The notes: a model not told the origin generated them from the sequence alone. DNA of 21,615 nt from an uncultured Desulfurococcales archaeon (GCA_964406965.1 CAYOTT010000022.1:1-21615), one strand, 5' to 3'; numbered from the stretch's first letter, positions 7,138 through 16,592 are shown. A program made the numbers and translations.

Positions 7138-8214
7138 ATGGATACTGAGGAAAGAATGAAGCTAATAGTTAGGAATGTTGAAGAAGTAGTTACGATTAAA
7201 GAGCTTAAGGAGAAAATAGAGTGTGGAGAAAAACTTAAAGCATATTTAGGGTTTGAACCAAGCGGTCTTTTCCACGTAGGATGGATTATTTGGGCAAATA
7301 AGTTCAAGGACTTCTTAAAGGCTAATGTTGAAACAATTCTCTTAGAGGCTACATGGCATGCTATGATAAATGATAAATTAGGAGGAGTTATGGAAAACAT
7401 TAGGAAATGCGCTAAATACGTAGAACATTCGTTAAGAGCGTTAGGAGTGAATATGGATAAAGTTAAGGTTGTAGACGCTGAAGAGCTTGCTTCAGATAAA
7501 AACTATTGGATGTTAGTAATAAGGGTAGCTAAGAACGCTAGCTTAGCTAGGGTGAAAAGAGCTCTAACAATAATGGGTAGGAGAGAAGATGAAGCCGAAA
7601 TAGACTTTTCAAAACTAATATACCCTCCAATGCAAGTGGCGGACATATTTTATTTAAAAGTAAACATAGCCTTAGGGGGAATGGATCAAAGGAAAGCTCA
7701 CATGCTAGCTAGGGACGTTGCTGAAAAACTTAAGATAGAAAAGCCAATAGCTATACATACACCGCTACTTACAGGGCTTCAAGGAATGCAGAGAATGGAG
7801 TTTGGAAGGGAGGACTTTCTATCGGCTAAAATGAGTAAATCTAAACCATACTCTGCAATTTTCATACATGATAGTCCGGAAGCAATAAGGTTGAAGATAA
7901 GAAAAGCATATTGTCCTCCGAAAATAGTTGACTACAACCCGGTAGTTGAAATAGCAAAATACATTTTATTTACTAACGAAAAATTCGTCCTACATGTTGA
8001 AAGACCTGAAAAATACGGTGGACCATTAGACATTTATAGTTATAATGAGCTTGAAAAACTATATAAAGAGGGTAAGCTACACCCTCTAGACTTGAAAAAC
8101 GCTATCGCTGAAGCACTAATAAAATACCTTGAACCCGTAAGAGAATATTTTAAATCAAATAGGGAGGCAAATAGCCTCTTAAACTTCATGCTTAAGACCC
8201 AAATTACAAGGTGA
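7138..8214 (+). CDS. tyrS: Tyrosine--tRNA ligase (archaeal type)
   Basis: It has a GFEPSG..H.G. signature and KMSKS (KMSKSKP). It shows extended similarity to M. jannaschii TyrRS as I recall it (YPPMQVADIFYL, GGMDQRKAHMLARD, DSPEAIRLKIRKAYCPP, NPVVEIAKY, RPEKYGGPLD..YSYNELEKLY, LHPLDLKNA). An SD-like AGGTG at 7126-7130 favours ATG 7138 over the track's GTG 7129. Confidence 0.93.
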   Translation: MDTEERMKLIVRNVEEVVTIKELKEKIECGEKLKAYLGFEPSGLFHVGWIIWANKFKDFLKANVETILLEATWHAMINDKLGGVMENIRKCAKYVEHSLRALGVNMDKVKVVDAEELASDKNYWMLVIRVAKNASLARVKRALTIMGRREDEAEIDFSKLIYPPMQVADIFYLKVNIALGGMDQRKAHMLARDVAEKLKIEKPIAIHTPLLTGLQGMQRMEFGREDFLSAKMSKSKPYSAIFIHDSPEAIRLKIRKAYCPPKIVDYNPVVEIAKYILFTNEKFVLHVERPEKYGGPLDIYSYNELEKLYKEGKLHPLDLKNAIAEALIKYLEPVREYFKSNREANSLLNFMLKTQITR

Positions 8215-8222
8215 AGTATGAA

Positions 8223-9437
8223 ATGAAGTATTTAATTAAGGCAAAAATAGAAGTGGACGGCATAGTGGAGAAACCCGATGTCATAGGGGCAATATTTGGG
8301 CAAACAGAAGGCCTTTTAGGAGAAGAATATGATTTGAGGGAATTACAGGACAAGGGAAGAATAGGGAGAATACAAGTTGAGCTAAAAACAATAGGCTCCA
8401 GAAGCATAGGAGAAGTAATTGTACCTTCAAACTTAGACCGCGTGGAAACAGCTCTCCTAGCAGCCTTACTTGAAGCAGTAGACAGAGTTGGACCTTACCC
8501 CGCTAAAATAAGGGTTGAAGAAATAGTTGACTTAAGAGTTGAAAAAATAAAGAAAGTAATTAATAGAGCAAAGGAAATACTTCAAAAAATGATTCATGAG
8601 AAAGGTGTTGATATAAAGGAGGTAATGGATCAAATAGTTAAAGACGTAAGAAGCGCCGAAATAATAAAGTACGGTCCAGAAGGGCTTCCAGCAGGACCAG
8701 ACATTGACAAATCAGATACTATGATAATAGTTGAGGGAAGAGCTGATGTAATAAACATGCTAAAATACGGATATAGAAACGTCATAGCAATCGAAGGTGC
8801 GGGAACAAAGATTCCAGAAACAGTTATTAAACTCAGTAAGGAAAAAACAACAATAGCTTTCTTAGATGGAGATAGAGGAGGAGACCTTATACTTAAGGAG
8901 CTTCTAAAATTTGCCGACATAGACTATATCGCTAGAGCACCATCAGGAAAGGAAGTTGAGGAATTAACAGCAAAAGAAATAGCTAAGGCCCTGAAAAACG
9001 CTGTTCCCGTTGAACAGTACCTTAGCGATAGGGAGAAAAAAGCCAAAGTAGATTATGAGAAAACGCAGCAGCAAAGAAAAACTTTTGAAGAGAAGAAAGC
9101 TAAAGCCGAAGCCCACGGTAAAAGGGAAGTTCGCCCCCCAATACCGCTTCCTCAACACGTCCTAGAAGATGTTAAGAAACTTATGGGAACATTGCAAGCA
9201 AAAATATATGACAAGAATTGGAAGCTTGTTAAGGAAATTCCTGTAGCTAAGCTTGTAGACGAACTTTCAAAACTAAAACAAAATGTTCACACCATAATAT
9301 TTGACGGGGTAATAACGCAAAGGTTAGTGGATATTGCTGCAAGTAAGAATGCAAAAATAATAATAGGTGCTAGGATAGGAGGTTTAATGAAGAGGCCCGT
9401 TGATCTCCACATATACTCGTTTGATGAAATTAAGTAA
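8223..9437 (+). CDS. dnaG: Archaeal DnaG-type primase (Toprim domain; exosome-associated DnaG family)
   Basis: The N-terminus MKYLIKAKIEVDGIVEKPDVIGAIFGQTEGLLG is typical of archaeal DnaG. The Toprim domain shows IVEGRADVINMLKYGYRNVIAIEG and FLDGDRGGDLI. An SD-like AGGTGA at 8208-8213 favours ATG 8223 over GTG 8211. Confidence 0.9.
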   Translation: MKYLIKAKIEVDGIVEKPDVIGAIFGQTEGLLGEEYDLRELQDKGRIGRIQVELKTIGSRSIGEVIVPSNLDRVETALLAALLEAVDRVGPYPAKIRVEEIVDLRVEKIKKVINRAKEILQKMIHEKGVDIKEVMDQIVKDVRSAEIIKYGPEGLPAGPDIDKSDTMIIVEGRADVINMLKYGYRNVIAIEGAGTKIPETVIKLSKEKTTIAFLDGDRGGDLILKELLKFADIDYIARAPSGKEVEELTAKEIAKALKNAVPVEQYLSDREKKAKVDYEKTQQQRKTFEEKKAKAEAHGKREVRPPIPLPQHVLEDVKKLMGTLQAKIYDKNWKLVKEIPVAKLVDELSKLKQNVHTIIFDGVITQRLVDIAASKNAKIIIGARIGGLMKRPVDLHIYSFDEIK

Positions 9438-10659
9438 AATATTTTAGCAATCCTTTCTTACCAATTTTTTCATCAACCATTTTGTCGAAAAACTCTAAAA
9501 ATTCCTCAATAACGCTTTTCCCTATAACTCCTGAAGATGCAAACATGTGTCCATCAGCAAATCCTCCAACTTTCTCTGCAGCATAAGACATTACCTCGGC
9601 AATGCTAGGCATTTCTCCAGAACTTATTTTTCCCTCAAGAACTGGAGGTACTCTACCAGAAACTTTCATAAGATTCTCAGGTAAACGTCCTAGTTCAGGT
9701 ATTTCAGGGTTCATTTCCATGAAACCTAAAAGGTATTTATCTTGATGCACTATGCTCCTATATTTTAGTTGTGAAGTGAGGAGGCCTACGGTCTTCACGC
9801 CTACGTTGTAGAAAAGTTTTCCAACATTAAACCATTGCGTGTGCTTCTTGATTTTTAATCCACTACTGCGTATTGTTTTTAATGCTTGCTCAAAAAGCAT
9901 GTTTTTTAAAGCCTTCATTTCATCATGGAACCTAGTTATTTCTTCAGAAAACCCTTCAAAACATGCTTTTATAGCGTACTTAGGCCCTTCTCTATAGTAT
10001 CCTATGCTTGAAATAGTTGATAGCATTGATGAAATAATGTAGTGTGGCTTCCTTAAACCATGGAAGTTTACGTAATATTTCTCCTTATATTTGCCACCGT
10101 ATCTTTTAACTTTACCATAAACTTCAGCATCTATTAATGGTATTTCATTAAGGCTTCTTAAGGGCCCAGGTATTTCTGCTGAACCTATAACAGCTAAGAA
10201 CGAGTGCTCTAGAACGCTTTTTCCCATAAGCTTAAACACTATGTAGGTCATTGTTGAAGCTGAGGAATCTCTTTCGCCTTTTAAACCGTATAGTTCAGGG
10301 TTTATATGCACTATTCTCTCATTTTCTACTATTTCGGGGTCATGATGATCTATTATTATAGAGTAGCCTTTCTTAAGTGCTTTAGAAATTTTACTTGCAT
10401 GAGGTGAGCCTAAATCAACGTAAACGACTACGTCGTTCTTCCCTACTTGTGAGTGAATGAGATTTACGGCTTCTGGAAACAATTTTTCCAAGCATACTCT
10501 GCGTTTAACCCTACTTTCACCTATACCCACTAATGCTAGTGCTGCAGAACATATGCCATCTGCATCATCATGATGTATTAGGAATACTTTATCTGCTTTC
10601 TCTAAAACCTCCTTTGCTCTTAAAACATCTCTTCTAAGTTTTTCAGGAATATTTATCAT
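9430..10659 (-). CDS. DHH-family phosphoesterase, RecJ/Cdc45-like
   Basis: 409 aa. DHH motifs are present: HHDDADGICSAA (motif I), VYVDLG (II), IIIDHHD (III) and GGFADGHMFASSG (GGGH-like, IV). It lies directly downstream of polB on the same strand. Confidence 0.85.
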   Translation of the reverse strand: MINIPEKLRRDVLRAKEVLEKADKVFLIHHDDADGICSAALALVGIGESRVKRRVCLEKLFPEAVNLIHSQVGKNDVVVYVDLGSPHASKISKALKKGYSIIIDHHDPEIVENERIVHINPELYGLKGERDSSASTMTYIVFKLMGKSVLEHSFLAVIGSAEIPGPLRSLNEIPLIDAEVYGKVKRYGGKYKEKYYVNFHGLRKPHYIISSMLSTISSIGYYREGPKYAIKACFEGFSEEITRFHDEMKALKNMLFEQALKTIRSSGLKIKKHTQWFNVGKLFYNVGVKTVGLLTSQLKYRSIVHQDKYLLGFMEMNPEIPELGRLPENLMKVSGRVPPVLEGKISSGEMPSIAEVMSYAAEKVGGFADGHMFASSGVIGKSVIEEFLEFFDKMVDEKIGKKGLLKYFT

Positions 10660-10680
10660 TACTTAGCACTCCCCATTAGT

Positions 10681-13062
10681 TTAACGTAGAAAGTCAAACA
10701 GTGTCCTCTGAGACTTTACTGCTGTAGCCTTAAGCTCCCTTTCCGTAATGCCAAAGTACGCTAAAACCCTTGCTGCAGCGGGTATAACCTGTCTTTCAAC
10801 ATAGTAGTTTGCATCAACATCCTCTATTTTGACAGCAAAGTATGGTGCTGCTCTATCAGATAATTTACCAGTTCCCTTAACTATTACGTAACCTATTTTC
10901 ATTCCTGCACTAACTTTTAAACCCATTTCAACCATTTTCTTAGCAACAGCTACATGTGGTGCTTCAACTTCGTATTCATATATTCTTTTAGAAATAGTCT
11001 TCCATATTATGAGTTTACTTATAGGTATTCTGCCTTCCCTTAAGTCCTTTACTACGTTCCTAACGTACTCAACTGCTTTACTAACACTGCCTTCCTTAAG
11101 AATTATTTCCATAACCTTCTCTTGAACCTCTTTAGCAATATCTGCCCAGTCTCCTCTAACAGCTTCAAACCCTACAATATCTATTCTACCATCTGGTAGG
11201 AGACCAGCATATCTCTTCTTAGCTTCAGTGAAAAACACTCTTACATAGATTTTATCAATTTTTATTTCGAACCCTAATTCTTTACGTATTTTTTCGATAA
11301 GCTTCTCTACTCTTTCCTTATCGTATTTCACAAATAAGCTGTCAGTGTCTCCATAGATTACTTCTAAACCTAGTTCTCTAGCATACTCCATAGCTTTCCT
11401 TATTGTTTGCCTACCCCACGCCGTTATTGCTTCAGCAGCCGGCTTACAATACCATCTAGCACCTACCCATCCTTGGTAGCCATACATAGCGTTAGCTAGG
11501 ATTTTTAATGCCTTCTGTCTTTCATCAAGAATCCTGTATTCTGGAGAATCAGGCCTGTACTTTTTCATTTCCTCCCTAACTTGCTTCCTAAGTTTCAAAA
11601 GGGTTTCAAGAACTTTCTTGAAGAAACCTGGAGGCTCCTTTCTAAACCTATGCCCTATTTCTGGAGCAACCCAAACATTTTCAGAATCAGCTTCCTCTTC
11701 AGGTGGGATGTACGTGTCAGGTGAAATATTGTATTTTATCATAATGTTCGGGTACATTGCTGAAAAATCAAGTACAGCAATATTTTCATGAACCCCCTTC
11801 CTAGGTGCGAGAACTATTGCTCCACGGTAGGGTTCATAGGGTCTCTCAACCCTATTTGGAACAAGCTCGTTTGCTAAGTAAGCTTCCCTCATAAGATACC
11901 ATTCAACACGGTAACCTACTGAAGCCGCACCAACTTGGTCTAAAGGCAACCCCGTTATGCTTGAAAGCTGTATTGCAAAAGGTAGGAATTTCTCACCTAA
12001 CCCATAGGTTGAAACTACATCGTCCGCACCATACTTTAAAAACATAGGTCTTTTATTAGGATCATCCCAATACTTTGGCATTTCATACCATTCAATAAGA
12101 ACTCTTTTATTCTTAGGCATAACGCCTAAGTAATCAGCTATGTTCTCTAGTGTTTTAACTTTAACTTCGTGAACCTCTTCAGCAAAGTCGTAAAGGTCAA
12201 CATTTGCTCTACCCATTACTGAAATGTGTCCGTAAACGCTTGGATTAGGTTCAGCACCTGTCCTACCGACATTTACTTTAACGCCAACTCTTTTCCCTCT
12301 CTCAAGAAGATATGGCCAATCAAACCTATTACTATTATATCCCATTATGATGTCAGGATCTTGTTCTTGCACATATTTTACGAATGCCTCTAAAAGCTCT
12401 CTATCGTCATGGTTTTTAGCGGTAAACTGCTTTAAGCCGTTGGTACTTGAATGCAGCGAAATAATTATTACAGGATCCCTTTCTGGACTAGGAGATCCGC
12501 GAGGATTATAGCATTCAATATCGAAAGCTATTTTCCTTAAGGGAGGCTCTTTAATTAAATTAATGGGTTTAATAGGTGGTTTAACATAGTATACTTCGTC
12601 AACTCTTATATTGGTTTTCTTTCCATATTCTTCAACTTCAGCTTCATGCCATGAAGATGGTTTAAGTTGGTAATCTATTAAGTACCTCATGGAGAACCTT
12701 ATATCAGCTTCTAAAACCTCTCTTACCTCTGGGAACTTCTTTATTTCCTCTCTGTATTTAGGGACTTGATCGGGGATTACTGTAGTTACTTTAAGTACAT
12801 TCACTGGTTTCCCATAATACTTCTTTGAAACTTCTTCGACAGAAATTATTGGCGACCTAGCTGTAGATAGCGCCTTAATTTTAGATTTAAGCTTCTCAAT
12901 ACTAACTCCTTCTTCGGGTAAAACGTAAAAGTATGGTCTAAAACTTCTATCTATAAGTAAAACTCTCTTATTATCCTCCGTTATACCCCAAATTAATATG
13001 TGAGGCTCCCTACCAACAACCTGATATGTTATGTCAAGTAGCCAGAACCTTAATTTAACCAC
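10681..13062 (-). CDS. polB: Family B DNA polymerase with 3'-5' exonuclease domain; Pfu/Dpo3-like length and architecture, no intein
   Basis: 793 aa with a GTG start preceded by an SD-like AAGGTGG. Exonuclease motifs are FDIECY, YNSNRFDWPYL and YGADDV. Polymerase motifs are A (LDFSAMYPNIM), B (KILANAMYGY) and C (YGDTDS). It shows collinear similarity to Pyrococcus-type PolB as I recall it (RSFRPYFYVL, RYLID, GFEAVRGDWADIAKE, PHVAVAKK). Confidence 0.95.
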   Translation of the reverse strand: MVKLRFWLLDITYQVVGREPHILIWGITEDNKRVLLIDRSFRPYFYVLPEEGVSIEKLKSKIKALSTARSPIISVEEVSKKYYGKPVNVLKVTTVIPDQVPKYREEIKKFPEVREVLEADIRFSMRYLIDYQLKPSSWHEAEVEEYGKKTNIRVDEVYYVKPPIKPINLIKEPPLRKIAFDIECYNPRGSPSPERDPVIIISLHSSTNGLKQFTAKNHDDRELLEAFVKYVQEQDPDIIMGYNSNRFDWPYLLERGKRVGVKVNVGRTGAEPNPSVYGHISVMGRANVDLYDFAEEVHEVKVKTLENIADYLGVMPKNKRVLIEWYEMPKYWDDPNKRPMFLKYGADDVVSTYGLGEKFLPFAIQLSSITGLPLDQVGAASVGYRVEWYLMREAYLANELVPNRVERPYEPYRGAIVLAPRKGVHENIAVLDFSAMYPNIMIKYNISPDTYIPPEEEADSENVWVAPEIGHRFRKEPPGFFKKVLETLLKLRKQVREEMKKYRPDSPEYRILDERQKALKILANAMYGYQGWVGARWYCKPAAEAITAWGRQTIRKAMEYARELGLEVIYGDTDSLFVKYDKERVEKLIEKIRKELGFEIKIDKIYVRVFFTEAKKRYAGLLPDGRIDIVGFEAVRGDWADIAKEVQEKVMEIILKEGSVSKAVEYVRNVVKDLREGRIPISKLIIWKTISKRIYEYEVEAPHVAVAKKMVEMGLKVSAGMKIGYVIVKGTGKLSDRAAPYFAVKIEDVDANYYVERQVIPAAARVLAYFGITERELKATAVKSQRTLFDFLR

Positions 13063-13121
13063 TACTTAACCACCTTATCTACATAAGTAGTTTTACGCAG
13101 AAAACTACTTAACTCCAACTT

Positions 13122-13562
13122 TTACTCAAGAACCCTATACATTACATAAGCGTCTTCGCCGTCAAGATAGAAGTTCTTTAAAGTGTAAGCAACTTTAAAA
13201 CCTAGTTTTAAGTAAAGATTTATTGCAGGCTTATTTGAAACTCTTACTTCAAGCCTAACAACCTTTACACCATGTTTTTTAAATCTCTTTAATAACTCTT
13301 TTATTAATGCTTTAGCGTACCCCCTCTTCCTATGATCAGGGTGTATAGCTAATGAAATAATGTGTCCAAGAATTCTCCACTTAACTAACCCTATTATGTA
13401 TCCTATAATTTCATCGGTGTCTTCCAAAACTAGGAACGTATCATTACATATTTTAGAATATATTAGAAGTAGCGTTTTAGGATATGGTTCTTTAAACGAA
13501 ATTCTCTCTATTTCATAAACCTTCTCTAAGTCGCTTTCCTCCACATTCCTTATTTTAACCAT
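13122..13562 (-). CDS. rimI: GNAT N-acetyltransferase, RimI/Ard1-like (N-alpha protein acetyltransferase)
   Basis: 146 aa. The acetyl-CoA motif A is LAIHPDHRKRGYAKALIKEL. The N-terminus is RimI-like (IRNVEESDLEKVYEIERISF). Confidence 0.8.
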   Translation of the reverse strand: MVKIRNVEESDLEKVYEIERISFKEPYPKTLLLIYSKICNDTFLVLEDTDEIIGYIIGLVKWRILGHIISLAIHPDHRKRGYAKALIKELLKRFKKHGVKVVRLEVRVSNKPAINLYLKLGFKVAYTLKNFYLDGEDAYVMYRVLE

Positions 13563-13686
13563 AATCCCAACTATCCCAGTAATGACTATTTTTATCTGAA
13601 ACTTATTTTTATTCTTTTGAAGGAAAAAACGCTAGCTATGCTTTTTAACTGGTAAACTAAAGCACATAACAGTGTAGTGGAGGAAA

Positions 13687-14781
13687 ATGCAAATACTACT
13701 AGCGGATGTTAAGAAAGGAGTTTTGAAGGTTAAAATCGAGGACGAAGAAGACTTATGGTTACTTAACACTATAGTTGCTCCAGGAGACATAGTTTACTCG
13801 CTAACAACAAGAGAGGTTAAGCCTAAAGGAACTACACGCAGCGGTAAAGGCAGTAGGAGAATACCTATGTACTTAGGTGTACGTGTTGAATCTACAGAAT
13901 ATGAGCCATTCACCAATAGATTAAGAATAAGGGGGGTAATTGTTGAAGGACCGGAGGAATTCGGCCTTAAAGGCCATCACCATGCACTTTCAATAACTAT
14001 AGGTAGCGAATTAACCATAGTTAAAGAAAAAGGGATATCCAAATATCTTATTGAGAAAATTATGGCTTCCCGTAGGCTTAGGGAAAATGTAGGTGTAGTT
14101 GCCTTAGACTACGATGAAATAGCTTTCGGCTTAGTTAAAGGGTATGGGGTAAAAATAGTGTTTTCTGAAGCAACAAGGTTTCCAGGTAAAAGAGAAACTT
14201 CTAGAGATGTAAAGTTTAAGGAGAAACTTATGGAATTAGCTGAAAAAATAGTTAAAACTTCAATAAGAGAAAACGTCGGCGTTCTCGTAATTGCAAGTCC
14301 AGGTTTCCTTAAAGACCAACTCTTTGAAATAGTAAAAGATATTATTAAAAGAGAGCGCATTGAGCTAAAAACTCTTACGGCCCACTGTTCCGTAGGCGGG
14401 GCTAAGGGGGTGAATGAGGTTTTAAAGTCGAAAGCCATGGAGGACGTAGTTAAAATGTACGATATTGTTGAAAAAGAAAAACTATTTTCAGAGCTCATGA
14501 GAAGACTTTCAACAAACGAATATACTGTTGCCTTAGGCTTAAATGAGGTACATAATGCAGCTAAACTGGGGGCAATAGAGTACTTGCTCATACTTGATGA
14601 AAAACTAAAGGACATGGTTATTGAGGAAGCTAAAGTATTCGAGGAAATTCTTGAGTCTTTAGAGAAGTTTAGTGGGAAAATGAAAATATATAGTTTACAT
14701 CACGAATCAGGTTTGCAGCTTAAACAACTGGGAGGCATTGCTGCCCTCTTAAGATTCTCTCTTAAAAAACTAGGGGAATAA
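13687..14781 (+). CDS. pelA: Pelota (Dom34 homologue; mRNA surveillance and ribosome rescue)
   Basis: 364 aa. The N-terminal Sm-like domain reads LKVKIEDEEDLWLLNTIVAPGDIVYSLTTREV, followed by eRF1-like central and C-terminal domains (ASPGFLKD...). A GGAGG sits at 13679-13683 upstream of the ATG. Confidence 0.92.
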   Translation: MQILLADVKKGVLKVKIEDEEDLWLLNTIVAPGDIVYSLTTREVKPKGTTRSGKGSRRIPMYLGVRVESTEYEPFTNRLRIRGVIVEGPEEFGLKGHHHALSITIGSELTIVKEKGISKYLIEKIMASRRLRENVGVVALDYDEIAFGLVKGYGVKIVFSEATRFPGKRETSRDVKFKEKLMELAEKIVKTSIRENVGVLVIASPGFLKDQLFEIVKDIIKRERIELKTLTAHCSVGGAKGVNEVLKSKAMEDVVKMYDIVEKEKLFSELMRRLSTNEYTVALGLNEVHNAAKLGAIEYLLILDEKLKDMVIEEAKVFEEILESLEKFSGKMKIYSLHHESGLQLKQLGGIAALLRFSLKKLGE

Positions 14782-15865
14782 TGTTCTTTACAACATTGTT
14801 TCTCGTAGGATACTTCTCAACAATGTATGCTTTGAAATATCTAATACCGCTACTATAGAGTCCACCAGTAATATGCCGGAGAGCATGTGGATGAAGAAGC
14901 ACTTGAACATCTTCTTCACCATAAACAATGTCTAATGGTAATTTAGTTAGCAACATTTTAGACTCAACGTCTTTACGCCATAGGTTTTTAGGCACCTTTA
15001 AAACTATGTGCCTTAATAATCCTTCCCTCGTAATTTCTTCATAAGGTTTGGCTATTTCCTGAGCCTTTCTTAGAAGTCTCCTTCTCGTTTGCACCTTATC
15101 CTTGTACGCAACACTACAGTAGTGTATAGTTATTTTCTCGGTGTTACATGAGGACCATTTAAGAATTTCTATAGCTAATTCTTCACTACCTTCAACGGCA
15201 ACGTATGAGTCTTTTTTCAGTTTAAACCCTCTTCTGCGAAGTTCTACTTCATTACTTTCCGTAAACTCCATTTCGTTAAGGTTAATGAATTTTACACCTA
15301 ATTTCTCAGCTTCTCTTATTAATTTAAAGTAGTATTTCTTAAGTCCTGGGATTACAGGAACCTCTATTCCAACATCCAAGCCTGTATGTTTAATCGCTAA
15401 CTCTACGTTTTTTAAAACCCTCCAGTCTCTTACATGAAACCTTATTTCATCTAATCCTTCATTGTAGAGTTTTGCTAGGAGTTCTCTTGCCAAGTGCTTA
15501 CCTATAGTGTATAAGTGTATATGGAAATTTTCGCCTAAAACATTCTTTAAAAACTTTATAATCCTAATTACTCGTTGAGGATAAATTAAAGGTTCACCGC
15601 CGGTAATGCTTGCTCCTAAGGCCTTCATTTCATAAATTTCCCTTAAAACCTCATTAAATGTTTCAGCTTTTTCCTCATTAACATACATTACATCCTTATT
15701 TCTTCTAACCGAGCTTATTGGGCAATAATAGCATTTTTCATAGCATATTCCCGTTAAAAATATTACAGCCTTGGCTCCCTGGTAGCATAGCTTGCATCCT
15801 AAAGGGAGTTCCCCTATGTACCTTGAACCCTCAAGGCCTTCCTTAATATCTCTACATTCTTTCAT
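14762..15865 (-). CDS. Radical SAM protein (PflA-related uncharacterised archaeal family)
   Basis: 367 aa. It has the CxxxCxxC cluster motif CYEKCYYC followed by GGEPL (SITGGEPLIYP). A strong SD, AAGGAGGAT, precedes the ATG. Its start overlaps the end of the upstream nucleotidyltransferase gene by 14 nt. Confidence 0.85.
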   Translation of the reverse strand: MKECRDIKEGLEGSRYIGELPLGCKLCYQGAKAVIFLTGICYEKCYYCPISSVRRNKDVMYVNEEKAETFNEVLREIYEMKALGASITGGEPLIYPQRVIRIIKFLKNVLGENFHIHLYTIGKHLARELLAKLYNEGLDEIRFHVRDWRVLKNVELAIKHTGLDVGIEVPVIPGLKKYYFKLIREAEKLGVKFINLNEMEFTESNEVELRRRGFKLKKDSYVAVEGSEELAIEILKWSSCNTEKITIHYCSVAYKDKVQTRRRLLRKAQEIAKPYEEITREGLLRHIVLKVPKNLWRKDVESKMLLTKLPLDIVYGEEDVQVLLHPHALRHITGGLYSSGIRYFKAYIVEKYPTRNNVVKNIIPLVF

Positions 15866-16592
15866 ACACTATCCTCCTTACATGAGGGTTTTCTCTAGCA
15901 AGCTTATCTAATGCTTCCTCAAAGGTTTCCGTGGGTTTAAGCTCGTACTTAACGAAAACCCCTGTTCTTCCAAGCTTATCTCTTCGTGTAAGAACACGTA
16001 CTCTTTCCTCCACTACATCAACTGATATGCCTAAAATACTTGCTACTTCAGCTTCCCTACCTATAATGGGTTCTTCGACATGGCCTTTTTCAGTAGGTTT
16101 AATGAGCATTAATCTCTTATCTACCCCGGGAACTCTCTTTAAAACATTTTCTTTAAGATCTGAAAGTTCAAGAAGGCCTCCGAACTTGTAAAACTCATAT
16201 TCTTTACGGGAAAGCCTTACTAAGGGGAAAGATACAACTCTTGTTTCCAATTCGTCAAGTACTATGTAAGCTTTTATTGCATGCTGCGGTGTTGCTTGAA
16301 CCACTATTCTCCTGTATGGAATGTACCCTGCATTTTCCAACGCTAACTCTATGCGATAAGAGGGTACAACATATGGTATAACAACGTCTATGTCACTTGC
16401 TTCCCTAACGTCCCCCCTAGCAATACTTCCATGAACTATGGGGTTTAAGCCGTATTTGAAAAGAGCACTCATTATCTTTAATGTTTCCCTCCTTTTTTCA
16501 ACTAAAATACACCACCTTTTAGAATCATAGATTACTTCTACAGCATCCCCTACTCTTACAACCTTTTCTCTAACCATGATATAGCGCCGCAC
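15852..16592 (-). CDS. Pol-beta-superfamily nucleotidyltransferase-domain protein (uncharacterised archaeal family)
   Basis: 246 aa. The minimal NTase signature is HGSIARGDVREASDIDVVI (G-S...DxD). The track start at 16592 is GTG. An in-frame ATG at 16577 (MVREK...) is an alternative start. Confidence 0.8.
   Translation of the reverse strand: MRRYIMVREKVVRVGDAVEVIYDSKRWCILVEKRRETLKIMSALFKYGLNPIVHGSIARGDVREASDIDVVIPYVVPSYRIELALENAGYIPYRRIVVQATPQHAIKAYIVLDELETRVVSFPLVRLSRKEYEFYKFGGLLELSDLKENVLKRVPGVDKRLMLIKPTEKGHVEEPIIGREAEVASILGISVDVVEERVRVLTRRDKLGRTGVFVKYELKPTETFEEALDKLARENPHVRRIVYERM

Noticed and set aside
9040-9135. Lys/Glu-rich low-complexity stretch in DnaG (REKKAKVDYEKTQQQRKTFEEKKAKAEAHGKRE)
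   Set aside because: It sits between the Toprim domain and the C-terminal domain and looks like a flexible charged linker. There is no repeat structure at the DNA level and no sign of an insertion element or intein.
9430-9437. Convergent gene-end overlaps (dnaG/DHH by 8 bp, and also pelota/radical-SAM by 20 bp at 14762-14781)
   Set aside because: They are real in the sequence but common in compact archaeal genomes. I see no additional structure or motif suggesting a special regulatory element.
10681-13062. Possible intein or split in the family-B polymerase
   Set aside because: At 793 aa the length is typical of an intein-free enzyme. Motifs A, B and C and Exo I-III are contiguous and in the normal order, and there is no intervening Cys/Ser...HN block.
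14109-14615. 168-aa ORF antisense to pelota
   Set aside because: It is an extremely Ser-rich, low-complexity translation lying entirely inside a confidently identified gene on the other strand.
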